A stretch of DNA of 64,000 nt from Adineta vaga (taxonomy: Eukaryota > Animalia > Rotifera). The DNA lies in assembly GCA_021613535.1 (NCBI GenBank), contig CP075496.1:2914001-2978000 (forward strand). Reading direction: 5' to 3'. Below, piece by piece: positions 27,570 to 40,945 of this stretch. The stretch's first letter is position 1; each line of letters starts with the position of its first letter. The position numbers and the translations under genes are program-made. The notes beneath the pieces were generated by a model, which did no database searches, had not been told where the DNA came from, and saw nothing but the letters and a program-made list of their open reading frames with translations.

Positions 27570-29291
27570 TCATTTCGATGTAGCACCAATTTGATTTGAA
27601 CCATCTTCGCCAACTTCAAGAAATTGTCGACATTGATCTTGTATACATTCGCCTTTAGGTGTAATTAAAAAACGTGAATATGAACCATCCGAGCAGAGAG
27701 CTTGAAAAACAACGAACAAGTTTTACTTTCATCAAAAGTAGAAAACGAATTAACTTACCAATCACTGTTTTATTCGTGTCCGAATTAGGACCAAAAGCAC
27801 AAATACTTGTGGTATTTTCTGGCAGATGAAATTTGCAAGAACTCCAATTGGAATTAAAATATTTCGGTAAAAATGCTACGGCACTGAAAAAGAACAGTGA
27901 ATACTAATAATCAAAATAATCGTTTCAGAGACGCACCCTGTTGAACGTGTTTTGTTTTTTTGTGATTCTTCTATATAAAAAATATGTACTGTAGAATGAT
28001 CACTTGAAACACATAGAAGTGTTGAATCTTGATTGAAATTTATACTAAAATAAATGGATATGGTAATTCGATTTTTTTCACGACATATTACCAATAGATA
28101 GTGGCATGGTGTGCACCACGACGTAACTCATTGAGTAATTGACTTGTTTCTGTATCAAATATTCTTATTAATGTTCCCTAGAAATAATAATAATAAAAGA
28201 TATTGAATATCTATTTGAAAGATAGTATTCTAAAATACTTTTTCAGATGCAGTTGCTAAACGAGTACCCGACATATTCATAGCGAGATCTACACGAAATA
28301 TATTATTCGAAAGTTTATTGAAATCATCTTGACTTACACATAATAGATGCTTCGTGTGCTTGAATTTCTACAACTGGTTTTTCTGTGGCACCTAGATCGA
28401 CTAAACAAACATGTCCAAGTGTTCGACTTGGATACGCAATGAATGATTTAGAACCCGACGGACATACCACACAAAGTCCTTTTGATTGAAAAAAATAACA
28501 AGTCAAAGAACAATGATTTAAAAAAAATTTTCTCATACCTCGAGTGTTAGTACATGTTTCAAAGACATGTAATTGTTGTGGATTTTGAGTAAATGTATAA
28601 ACTTTGATCATTGTTTCAAGTACAACAATAATTCTTTGAAGACAAAAAGGTATTCATACGTCCCTCTCTCGATAACTCTACTTTGTCCAAACCTGTCTCG
28701 ACGTAAACGAACACCTTTTACTTCTGTTGAAAATTCTAATTCAATCACCACACGTTTTTTCGCATCATCCCATATCATTACTAAAAATGAATATTGTTGA
28801 TTATTCTTACAGAAAAAAAGCAGACACAACTCAGAGATCAATGTGTAGATTTTTTTTTCGTTTGAAATAATCATATTGAAATCAAGATAATTTCCTTTTT
28901 ATCATCATTGTTGTGTTTTTCTCAATTGTTTACCTTTAGAAGGAGAATATTTTGGTGATTGTCCACCACCAACAAGTGCAACATAGTTACAACGAAATAA
29001 CATTTCAATTTGTCCAATTCCTCCATCGATAAAATCTATATTTAAAAGTTTTTTGTACAATAAATATTTAAATAATTAGTTAACCTTGACGCTGTGTTTG
29101 ACGAAGTGGATCTGTATTATAGATTCGAAAACCATTTTCAAGACCACATGCAAAACAATCTAGATAATTTTCATATAGATATGTATGAATAACAAATAGA
29201 TAAGAATAAAGATGAAATTCTTACTGGCATCTTGGTTAAAACAAACAGAAAGAAGGCCATTTTTGGCCGATTTAACATTGAAAAGATTCAT
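27570..29291 (-). CDS. WDR45B: WD-repeat phosphoinositide-interacting protein 3 (PROPPIN)
   Basis: [76 protein letters not shown]. Confidence 0.93.
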
Positions 29292-30192
29292 GTCATTCAA
29301 TGTAACATAGAATGAGCTTTGGATCAGATTTCTGGATGAATATTTCTTATTACTAAGCTATCAGCGTCAGAGTAAGTAGTGTTAAGATACACCTATATGC
29401 ATTTGATCATTACGAAAACCAATCTAAATTTAGGGAGATAGATGGCGTTTTCGAATATCTACGATTTATATCTGAGTTTAGTCCTATCTGCTAGATTACT
29501 AGAATTGAGTAGAGTAAATCTTTTTCAATCAATCAACAAAGAAAACAAGAAGATATTTATGTAGAAGAAACTGAGAGAACGAATAATATCAGAGAATTTT
29601 TCGATAGTCATATGCAACATATTGATGAGCTGTTTATAAGTGACGGTGTTATTGAAAGATTTTCAAAATAATGGTGCCCAGAAATATTCGTTTGTATTAA
29701 CCTATGACCTCTAAAACATCACATTAAAAATTCTAGAAATAGTTTTCCGAAGGATCGATTTTAATATAGATCTCCATCAATATAACTCATTAACTTCTTG
29801 TCTATATGCCAAATGAACAAAGTCGCTCACATCCTTCTAGATCTAGATATTGCAGTGACAACAAATAAACCAAAAATATACTTTAGCTAATCATTCGAAT
29901 AAGGTGTGCATATTATTTAAAAGAACTGCATCATATTCTTAGTTTTATCGATAGATGTCACTAATTATCTAATTCTATACAAAGAAGATGATGTCGAGGT
30001 CAATTAAACGTTTTTTCATAGGTTGAAAAAATCTAAAATCTCGTGATTGAGAAAAACATGATTCATTTATCATAAATATTATATTATTTTAGATATATTT
30101 GTGTCTGTATACGTGTCAGCATTTGAATCAATATTAACAGGAAATTTTCTAAATAAGTACACGTCTTTATCATATTCGTAATAAATCTATCC

Positions 30193-32598
30193 ATGTCAAC
30201 TTCATCTTCCAAACAAGACGTTAGTGATGATGAATTCGAAAGTGCAGATGAAGGTGAACCAACTACTCCTCCTATAACGAAAACTTCAACTCCACCTCCA
30301 ACTTCTCCACTTCTTCCTCAACCAAAACCAATTTTAACATCTTCTAATGATAATAAAGTGCAATCAACGCCATCTCCTTCTCCTCCTCCTCCTCCGCCAG
30401 CACCACCAGCACCAGCACCAGCACCAGCACCAGTAACAGATGGTTGGGGTGATTGGAATATTGATGATGAACAACCGGTTGAAACATCAGTGAAAACTAA
30501 TAATCCATCTCAACAAGATTCAACATCATCTAGATCATCAACACCTTCGAACGCAGGTGGTAGTTTATCTCAAATCGGATCTGATGAAGATGATCAATCT
30601 GAATCATCGAATCAACAACGTTTGCAAAAGAAGAAATATCGTAAAAAACTATTGGAATCGAATTTAAATAAAGAAGAACCTAAAATAAATATACGAGTTT
30701 CTCGTCCAACAGAACGTCGAGACGACGAATCATTATTATCATCATCGATAGGAACTACAAATAAACATGATGCCAAAGATGCACATCGTGTTTTAGATCG
30801 TCTTGCTGCTCAATCACCAACACGAACAGTAACTTTTTTTTGCTTATAAAGATTAGTTTTATTTCACAAATACATCGTTTTCATTTTAGCCAACTTGGCA
30901 TAATCCATGGGGAAATTTAGGTTCATTTCTATCCACAGCTAAACAAAGTGTAACAACATTAACAAGTACAGTTAGTATGTATTCGTATTTTTAATGATTA
31001 TTTTGTTTCTTTATTGAAAAATTATTCTCTGAAATAGGTGAAGGTTTTAATGCAGTTATTGAATCAGTTGAAGCTAATCTCGGTGCACCTGATCCTCAAC
31101 AACTAGCTGAAATGAATTTAATGGCTTTTAAAATTAAAGGTGAAACATCGGATAGTGAAGATGGTATGTAAATATTCTGATAATGATAGAATTGATCTTA
31201 ATATTGGATATCTATAGAACCAGAAATAACAAATCCGCAATCACAAGATATCGATTCAGTAACGAATCATGATGGATGGCTTAATGCGTTAAGTTTAGAT
31301 AAACTAACAACAACTGTATGTACTTTTGAATAAAGAATTTTTCTATTTATTCATGTTTTTATTTCATTGTCTAGGGTATGAAAGTTGTTTCCGGCAGTCT
31401 TGATGTTCTTGAAACTGTTGGAAAAAAAACTTTTGATGTATGTATTTTAATTCAAAAGAAGTTTTCTATTTGAGCTTTTTTTCCTTCTTTCTTTATCTAA
31501 GGTGATTAATGAGGCTGATCCCGAATTGCGAGGTGCACGTCGTTTAGTGGGCAAACAAAAACAGCCAACATTATCTGAAGTTTGTTTTCATTGAAATAAA
31601 ACAGAATACTATGTATATTTCTATTTTTTGTCATTTCAGATCATACGTGAAGTAAAAAATGACAACGAAACATCAACAATAGGAGCGAAAAAAGAAATGG
31701 CAACTTTCTTACAATTATTTGAAAAACATCAAGGTAACATTTAATTAATCTTATGAAAGATCGACTCGAACGTTTTGTTTGTTTTGTATAGGTCTTGCTC
31801 ATTTTGAAGCATTAGAATTATTATCAAATCAATCAGGAATGGTTCTACAAACAATGAAATCTGGCAATGAAAAAGTACTTGAACAAATTGATAATTACTT
31901 TCAAATCGATGATGATGATGATGATCTTGCAGAAACGAACAATAAATTAAATTCTTTAAATATTACCGATGATAATGATAATCAACAAGTACCTAGTTTA
32001 GATATTCTATCGCAAAAATTTACAGCATATCAAACACAATTACGTTCAACAGTTTCTGTAGAAAAATTACTTGAAGTCTATGAATCAGCTAATGAATTTA
32101 TTAAAGAATGGGATTGGATGGATACAGAATTAGATCAAAAAGTAAAGACTAATTTATTGAATTTGACTTAATCTCATGTTTCTTCTTGTTAATTAGACAT
32201 TAGCTGATGAAGCAATTGATTGTTTAGCAATATTATGTGCACGTATTATTGAATATTATCGTAAAACAGCTGAATTATTTTTAATGGGTTGTAAAAGTTT
32301 AACATCATTTTCAATTGATATTGAATTATTAGCGATATATGAAAAACAACAGAAAGATTTTTCAAATATGCTCGCTGGTATACCAAATTTATTCGCGAAA
32401 TATATGAAACAAATATCAACAATTCCAGCAAATGGATCCGATGCATCAATGCGATGTGATAGCAAATTTAAACAAAAACTTCTCAATCAAATGTTTATTC
32501 AATCATCTAGTTCACAAACATATGCGTCGGATGCATATATACTACTAAAACCAATCATTAGTCAATCGATTTTATATCATACATCAACAACAAGATAA
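30193..32598 (+). CDS. FAM114A2: FAM114A (Noxp20 family) protein
   Basis: DDEFESADEG, DGWGDW, GSLDVLETVGKKTFDVINEADP, LFEKHQGLAHFEALELLSNQS, SSSQTYASDAYILLKPI. Confidence 0.8.
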
Positions 32599-33115
32599 AA
32601 ACATGATTTTGTTTTTTGTATATTGAACGATTGAGAAGTTCGAACAGTCAATTGAATATCGGTTTTATTTATATGTATACATATGTATTCTCTTTGCCTT
32701 TCTTTTTGTTTCTTGTTTATTTGTATATGTATAAGGAGATAAATGGGTTTATTATTATCATTCGATGACCGGATTAAATACACTTCACAATTCAAAAAGG
32801 AAATCTTATTTGAGAAAGTTGATTATGAGTGAAAGACAAAGATATTTATTTATGCGATCGATCCAATAAGAAAACATCATTGATCATTATTTAAGTGAAA
32901 TAAAACGACTTTTTTTATTTACTCCAATTAGATACACTTTTTCTTCTATCTATATATTTGATATTTCTCACAGCTGTCAACTAATTGCTTGTTTATTGTT
33001 TTCTTCTTAGTTGGCAACTTGAAATAAGATTCCTTAAAGAAAAATTTATCGAAAGTAGACGATAAAATATATAAAGAATGCAATTATTTTCTTTTTCATT
33101 AGACAAACATACGAG

Positions 33116-33760
33116 ATGTATTGGATGTCGTTATTTCTTGGAGGTATTCTTATTTTAACTATCATTGATTTAGGTAAGATCAAATTGAAATGAGAAAATT
33201 TGAATTGAACTATAACGATATGAATAGATGTAGCAACAAAAAACCATCGTGATCGTGGTGGACATAGACGTGAACATGAATCTTTACTTGATAAACAAGA
33301 ACGTGAACGAGACAAGGATAAAAAGAAAGAAGATCGTGAAAAAAAAGGTAGAAATATTAATTCTTTTCGACAAAATACAAAGCTACATTTCTTTCTATGT
33401 AGAAGAAATTCGAAATATAACATGTTATAAATGTGATGGTGATATTTGTCGAGATCCATTTCAATCTGATCATGGTATTCCATCAGTACAATGTGAACAT
33501 AGTTGTTGGGTATATAAATGCAAAACAAATATTGTTTTACTCTAATAATCTACTTTTTATTTTATTTATAGAAAGGTGTGTTTGCATCAAGTGTTCGCCG
33601 AGCATGTGGAAATAAACGTTGTGGATTGACATTTCAAGGAAGTGCAGCTATAAGCAATACTTGTTGTGAAACATCATTTTGTAATAAGACTTCAATGAAA
33701 ATCCCATCACTTATGTTTATATTATATTCATTTCTTATTCTTATTATAATCATCAAATAA
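33116..33760 (+). CDS. Ly6/uPAR three-finger protein with signal peptide and probable GPI anchor (quiver/sleepless-like), 4 exons
   Basis: Signal MYWMSLFLGGILILTII; 10 Cys from ITCYKC to TCCETSFCN; hydrophobic C-terminal tail. Confidence 0.85.
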
Positions 33761-34314
33761 TGGATTGGTGGAGAATAATACTTTTTTGTTTTTTTTTGTT
33801 CGTTCTCATGATTGGAATATGTTAGAAGGAGAAGAAAAGAAAGTTTTCTTTTTTCTTTTTTTACATTTAAATGTTTTTTAACAAGAAAAAACAATATTTC
33901 TCTTTGCTATGTCTATGAGAAACATTCTAGAGTCTTAGTTCAGTTTTTACTTATTGAAGTAACAATCGATTTCGTCCAAACGAAAAGAATGTTGCTTGAC
34001 GATAATGAGCAACAACAGTCGACAGACTCGTTTCGTTGTTCGCCAATGTAAGTTGCTTTGTATACATATCAAGTTACTTCTGTATGATTGTAAGAGAAAA
34101 GAATGAAACAGATCTGTCTCAATTCTTCTGAAATCTACATTTTAACGTTAAGTGTACTGAATAATAGGATATAGAAGTATTCCAATGTAGAAAAAACGCA
34201 GAAATTTTGGATAGTGGAACTTTGTTTTTCTTTTCTAATGTATTATTTAAAGTTTTGTTTTCTAGAAATTGGACAAGTGAATCATTTCCCAGCAAGAATT
34301 TATATGAAAGGAGA

Positions 34315-35052
34315 ATGAATATGTCGAAAAGATTTCGTAGAACAACACCAGAATTAACTACTAATGATGATAATAGTGAAAATAAAGTGGGATATAGACA
34401 ACCCTTAATCGAACAATTAAAAGCACAACTAGTTCATAATCATATACAACGAACACAGGTAAGAGATTATTCTCGTATATTACATCAATCGAATACACCT
34501 GCATCATGGTATAAAGCACCGGTATTAAATCGTTCGGTTTATTTCTATGATTCAAATTATCAAAAACATATACAACAACAACAACCACCACCACCACCAT
34601 TTATGACTGAAAGACCAAAACCTAAGGTTTATGTAAGTTATAAACTTCATTCGTTTTTCTATTATATAATGTGTTTTTATTGCTTTCTTCAAAAAAAGTC
34701 AATGCGTACGAAACCGTTACAAGACTCCAGATATTCATTTCATCAAACGAGTTTTATGCAAAATACACCTGTTTCACATTCTCCTCGTACGAAAAATATG
34801 TCGGATTTCTATGGTAGTACAGCTATCACTTCTCATCAATTAAAACAACGTTCGATTGAACATTTTCATCCACCATCTCCTGACTTATCTCAACGTCATC
34901 CCTCTGGTCGATCACAATTAACATCAGTACCTACTTTACCACGTATAAATAGTTCAAAACAAAAATCTGAATCAATAAATATCGATGAAAAACCAGTCAT
35001 TGCTCAACCAAAAAAACAATTCAATCCAATACTTATGCCTTCGACTTCTTAA
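34315..35052 (+). CDS. Uncharacterised low-complexity basic protein (probable intron 34633-34698)
   Basis: Long ORF downstream of an acceptor near 34265, with Q/P runs and a probable 66-nt intron. No known domain; start uncertain. Confidence 0.5.
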   Translation: MNMSKRFRRTTPELTTNDDNSENKVGYRQPLIEQLKAQLVHNHIQRTQVRDYSRILHQSNTPASWYKAPVLNRSVYFYDSNYQKHIQQQQPPPPPFMTERPKPKVYVSYKLHSFFYYIMCFYCFLQKKSMRTKPLQDSRYSFHQTSFMQNTPVSHSPRTKNMSDFYGSTAITSHQLKQRSIEHFHPPSPDLSQRHPSGRSQLTSVPTLPRINSSKQKSESINIDEKPVIAQPKKQFNPILMPSTS

Positions 35053-36259
35053 TATGACGATGAAAAGAACAGACAAAAAGATTTGTGCAATAGATTTTTA
35101 TATTCTCTTCTATATTATGATTGATTCATTTTTCTCGTGAAATACATAGAACAATATTGAGAGATAAGCATATCTTCTGTCGATTGTAAGAAAATTTGAA
35201 TGTTAATTTACTCATCTTTGCGGAAAATGAATTCTTCCAAAGTAAAACTTTATCATTTCATCTTATTTGAAATGGACATCAGAAAAGTTTTCATACTCAT
35301 TCCAAAACTAACATATTATTTTCAGTAAATATTGTCATGATATGATGTACCCGTTTGAATCGTATTAATAATAACAGGATTCATCGAAAAGATAAGAAAT
35401 ACTTATCTGTAGTCTAAATTTAGATATTTAGACTAGAGTCTGAAAAAACGTTGCTTACGTTTGACTGGAATTTCGACAACTGTATAATTGAATCTGATAC
35501 AACAGCGAAAATCAGTTTTTTTTAATAACAGATAAATATCATAATTGTGAGTTGAAACATCTAACTAATCGATATGAAAGAAAGAAAATTAATAGTAAGA
35601 TCAAAGATAAATAATTGTTGTTTGCATTTCACACAATATCATCTACTACTTTCTCTTTTATTCACATCTATACACTGAAAAATAATGAAAAACGAAAGGT
35701 TCATGATAAAATGAATTAGTTCATCTTGAATACTAACAATGTCATAATTGCTGATGAAAGAGAATTGATATTTAAAAAACTTAGATCAAACAATTTGTTT
35801 TTCCGCATCGATGGATTCATTGCTTTGTTCTTTGTAATGAAAAAATAAACTTTATTTATTCAAGGATATCTTGTCCGTTAACATTTACATTATTTGTCAA
35901 GCAGACTTAGTAGAATTTTTTCTTTCTTCTTGCATTTGCATTCAATTGACGGGTAAATTTCATACTGAATCTAATCAACCTGTCTCATTGTCACTTGTCT
36001 TTGTCATGAACACGACATAAAAAGAGAAAACGTACAAATAAATTTGCATTTTTTTAATCTATTTCTTTACAGAAATCACTTTGGTGTGAAATATATGTAC
36101 GTATAAACATACAAAAGAGACTGTATTGCTGTCAATTGCATCATTTTGTCGCGTCGTATAATAACTTATTGTATTTCTGAATATGTATATGAAAGTCAAC
36201 AAAAGACAAAAGGTGTTGTATAGAATGATGTAAAATGAACCCAACCGTGCTTGTACATA

Positions 36260-38815
36260 TAAACTATATACATACATATATATATATATATATGATTATC
36301 GTCCCATCATAATACTTCTTCAATGTTCAATTTCAGTGTGAATAAATAGTATTCTGATCGACAAATGTATGTCGTCTATGATCATATATACACAAATGAT
36401 CGATGTTTATGTTAGATTTATACAAAAGGGCGAGAATTAGATTGAGAATCATTGAATTTGTATGAATAAATGTAGATTGTTAAAAATTGGTCTGTTGTCG
36501 CTTGAGCAATTTTCAATACATCGAAGCGTCTCAAGTGGCTATAAGATGACCATTCTTCATCATCATCACCCTCATTTGCTTTATGCATGCTTGTTTAATT
36601 ATAGTGATTTGTGACACACTGAATTTTTTCTCTCATAGTAATTCCGTTAAGTTTTGAATAGAACAAAATAATATTTGGAATAAAAGCTTCAACACAAAAT
36701 CTTCGATCATACTGTACAAATGCATGCCTTTGCAATTGACAGATGATTTTCTTCATCTGTCTTCTATTGTTTAGGGTCTTTTTCTGCATATTCTCTCGTT
36801 TTTTTTGAGCATGCTATTATTATCATCGCATGAAACAACGCAACAACAAGGAACATGAATGCGCGTGAGCATCATCACATGAGTAGGATAGTCGAAGACA
36901 TGAAGCATAAGGAGAGAAAGAAAGAGAGAGAGAGAGAGAGAAAAAGAACGATGCAGGAAAACAACAGCAGCTGATTGAGATCTACACATAAAGAGTAATT
37001 TTTTTCGAGACGTGAGCGATGTATTAGCGTTGTTTCTTGCGAGACGAACGTTAGACGAAGGATATTATTTTTTTTTTGCGTTTCAGATGTTCAAGCAATC
37101 TTTGTCTTTTCCTAAGAACAGATGTACGACTAGTCGACAAGACTTTGCTATCATCCATAGTAGTAGTAGTAATAAGAACGACAATAATATTGCCAAAGAC
37201 TAACAATATAAAAAACAGAAGACAAAATTATAAGAAATGCTATAAAACTTTCTAATTATTTCTTTTTTTTCCTGCTTGTCTATCTTTCTTATTACATTTA
37301 TTCGGCGCCTAATACTTTCATTATCATCATCATCATCATCATCATCAGCTTTTTAAACGACAAGTTGTGACTTAACATAATAAGTAAATTTTTATTAACA
37401 TTTTCTTTCCCATTCTGAATAAGGATTAATCAACATTTATGTTGATTTTAAATCTTATCAGAACTGAATACTTTCAGTCTTTATCCTTCATTTTACATCT
37501 TCGTCTGATCTAGTAATTGTCCGTAAATGAATTCTAACAAGGTCAAGCGTTTTCGAGCATTTTTTCTTGCTCTCTGTCTTTCGTTTTGAAAGGTGTACCT
37601 ATTTCATCACCAATTCAACAAAAGTATAACACTTGAAAAATGAATGAGGCAACAGCAAGCAACCAACACAAGGTTATACAATTCTTTTTCAAGTTTCGAC
37701 CACGTTTATTGAACAACTGTTTAATATCATAGTGAAAGATTTCTTGCGTTCTCGAGTAGCTGAAACTGTCTGAAGATAAACGATCAGCACATCTATTTCT
37801 CTGATCTGCAAATAACTTTATTATTAATATACAATATAAACTGAAGCATTTGACTATAGTAGTGGAAATAATGATAATAGACCACTTTATATCAATTTCT
37901 CTGTGTACCCTTCTTCCGTCCTATGTCACAAGCATGAAAAAAAAGTTGTTCGAGGAGGTAAAAAACGAGCGTAGCAGTATAGAGAAAAGAGTCAGAGAAT
38001 GAGAAAAGAAGTAGAATGAGAGAGTGGAGAGAAAGGGAGGCAGGCAAACACACACATACACACGGGGACAGTGTCAATCCCATTCCGCCGTTTGCTTGCG
38101 CGTCGTCACTATAACTATATTCCTGACGTCGTCATCTTTTCTCTAATCATTATTACTTGCATGTGTTTATATGCATGTGTGTGTGTGTGTGCACATAGTC
38201 ACCCAAAGTTTTTAGTAGCTCTGTTTCTCAGATGAATAATCATAACAAAGAATAGCCTAAAGGAAGCGTATGAGTAGAACTCCTCAATCATCCAAGCAAA
38301 TAGTTTTAGTCCTTTCATTCATTATAGATTAGTTTTTCTATTGCATATATATTGATTATCTTCTTTTTTCAACGAACTTCAATTTTTAATTAATTAGCTA
38401 ACTAGTAGAAAGAATAACGTGACGTAAATCATAGTTTATTCTTTCGTACGATGAGAAGCGGAAATATAAGATGGAATATATTCTTTAGAAAGAAGAAATG
38501 TTCGTCATTGTTCTGTAAGAAAGAATTAGCTCGTTAGATAGCAAAAAAAGGAAAAGAAAAGAAAAACTTGTAGTAAATGAAAGAGAACAAAATTAGCGTT
38601 GTATTGTGACAACATCAAGGTTAATATTTCTCCTTGATGGTCGTCTCATCTTCGTTCTTTTATCAATCTGTCTATAGATTGTTTGCGGTCAATTTGTCTC
38701 CTAAGGGGATGTACGAGGAAAAGAATACAGAGCCACTTCAACCGTCAACTAAATGTCAGTTGGACCATAATATCGATGTATGCTTAGATCTCTTACGTAA
38801 TCAACTCTTCCACAT

Positions 38816-38848
<33 letters not shown>

Positions 38849-39560
38849 CATTCATGCAAAACAATTGACGCAAATATTTGACTTTAGTTCAAGTAGAATT
38901 TTTTTCTTATTTTAAGATTAACAAATTCGTGATTTTAGTTTTCAGTTCAAAGATACTGTTTCAACAAATTCTTTTCTAGAAAATTTTGTTTGTAATTATT
39001 ACAACCTGACGACTATTTGTTCAACATTCATCAACAGTTTCTTCTATATCTATATCATTATCAAATCATCGTGGTGGCAACCTGTTGGACATTTCTTTCT
39101 ACCGTAAGTTATAGTATATGTATTTATGTTAATGATATGCATCAAGACAAAGATAGATATCTCAGGCGCGTCAATAATTATTCAGCCCACTGTATTACTA
39201 CTTTATCAAATCCTCTTTTTATGATCGATTCAAAACATTAAGTAAATGTCGTATATGTCAACTTTTTTAATCTATCACTATATCAATAGACTATCTAAAA
39301 GATATTATCCTTCAATTTGTATGTATATGTACACATACAGACAGAAACATTCATCAATAAGCTTAGAAGTATCCATCTTTTTATGTCGAGTAATTTTCTT
39401 TCTTTTTATTATTGCACAGTTAAAATGATGATTAGAAGTTTTTTTTTTCTTTTACTTTTTACCAGAGTTATGCAAGGCACTCATCATTATCGGATTAGAG
39501 AAAGCTTGGAATAATATAAAGAGGACATAACAAATATATATATATATATATATATATCTA
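36260..39560. repeat. Cluster of microsatellites, (TA)n, (GA)n, (CAT)n, (TG)n and (CA)n, in the long non-coding region upstream of YPEL
   Basis: Runs at about 36270, 36923, 37322, 38176, 38815 and 39534. Confidence 0.7.
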
Positions 39561-40351
39561 ATAACTTTTGCGTGCGCTATATTGATGAACATACATCCGT
39601 ATTTGTTCGGTTGCGCAAGAAGTATAAATATAGATCAATAGTGGTGTTTGGTAGAGAATAGAAGTAAAAGGGAAGAAAGAAAGAAAGAAAGAGTATGAAC
39701 TGGATACGCTTAGTGATTTCTTTTCTTCTCTCACTTTTCTTTTACTTATAAACATATTTCAATGATGGACTGAATCGATGCAGTTATAACACATGTATAT
39801 GGTCATCAAAATTCAAGTTGTTTATTAAAGACCTAGGTGAAGTGTGATGAGAAACACTGGAAAGAGGTCGACAAGCAAATAAGTGCTTGTGTCTCGTCTT
39901 CAACTTTTGATGTTATCTTTCATGAGTGAATACAAAAATGTGAATAGTTATTATATACATACTTACACACATACATGGATATATACTTGTTAGACATAGA
40001 TATCAAGTATAATGCAATGCAATGTAATGTTAGAGGATATATTGACCTTGTGGGAACAGAGTTTTGCATGTATATATCGTTTAAAGGTGTATGTTTCCTA
40101 TTGTGATTAGTTTCTTCATCATAGAATATTTATCGGAAAGTAGTGAGAATCAAGGCAACAAATAAGGAATAAATCAATGATAATAAAAACACACGTGGTA
40201 TCCGTCACTTAGTTCGTTTTCTTTGATGATGCTCATAAGTCAATATACTGAATTCTTTTTCTTTCTCCTTGTTTCTGTCGATGTCAATCATCAGTTTCTA
40301 TGCTGACTTTCTCCTGACTATATTGTATTCATTTTCTAGATCCGTCAAAAG

Positions 40352-40945
40352 ATGGTGAAAAATAGTCGTCATGGTCGTTCCAAAGCACTCGACAAATTAT
40401 TCCAAATTTATTTACCAGCTAAAACTCATCGAACATATTCATGTTTACATTGTCGAGCGCAATTGGCTAATCATGATGAATTGATATCAAAAGTAATTCT
40501 TTCGATTAAATGATCTTTGGAATTTCTTATCATTAATAATTATAGTCATTTCAAGGAAGCCAAGGTCGAGCATATCTCTTCAATTCTGTGTACGTCATCA
40601 ATGATCATATCGATCGATCAATGAAATGTTTATTCTTTTTATTGATATTCTAGTGTTAATGTAAATACAAGTGCGGCTGAGGAGCGAGTTCTTCTTACTG
40701 GTTTACATGAAGTAGCGGATATTTATTGTGAATGTTGTAAAACTTTACTTGGTTGGAAATATGTAAATAACTTAATTTGAAGAAATGAAATAGAATTATT
40801 ACGTTTCTTTTCTTTTTAGGAACATGCATTTGAATCCAGTCAGAAATATAAAGAAGGAAAATATATTATTGAACTTGTACATATGATTAAAGATAATGGA
40901 TGGGATACTGAAAATGTAAATCGTACAGAGTATCTAAGAACATGA
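40352..40945 (+). CDS. YPEL1: Protein yippee-like (YPEL1/2 type), 4 short exons, absent from the ORF track
   Basis: [22 protein letters not shown]|[15 protein letters not shown]|[32 protein letters not shown]|[29 protein letters not shown]. Confidence 0.95.
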
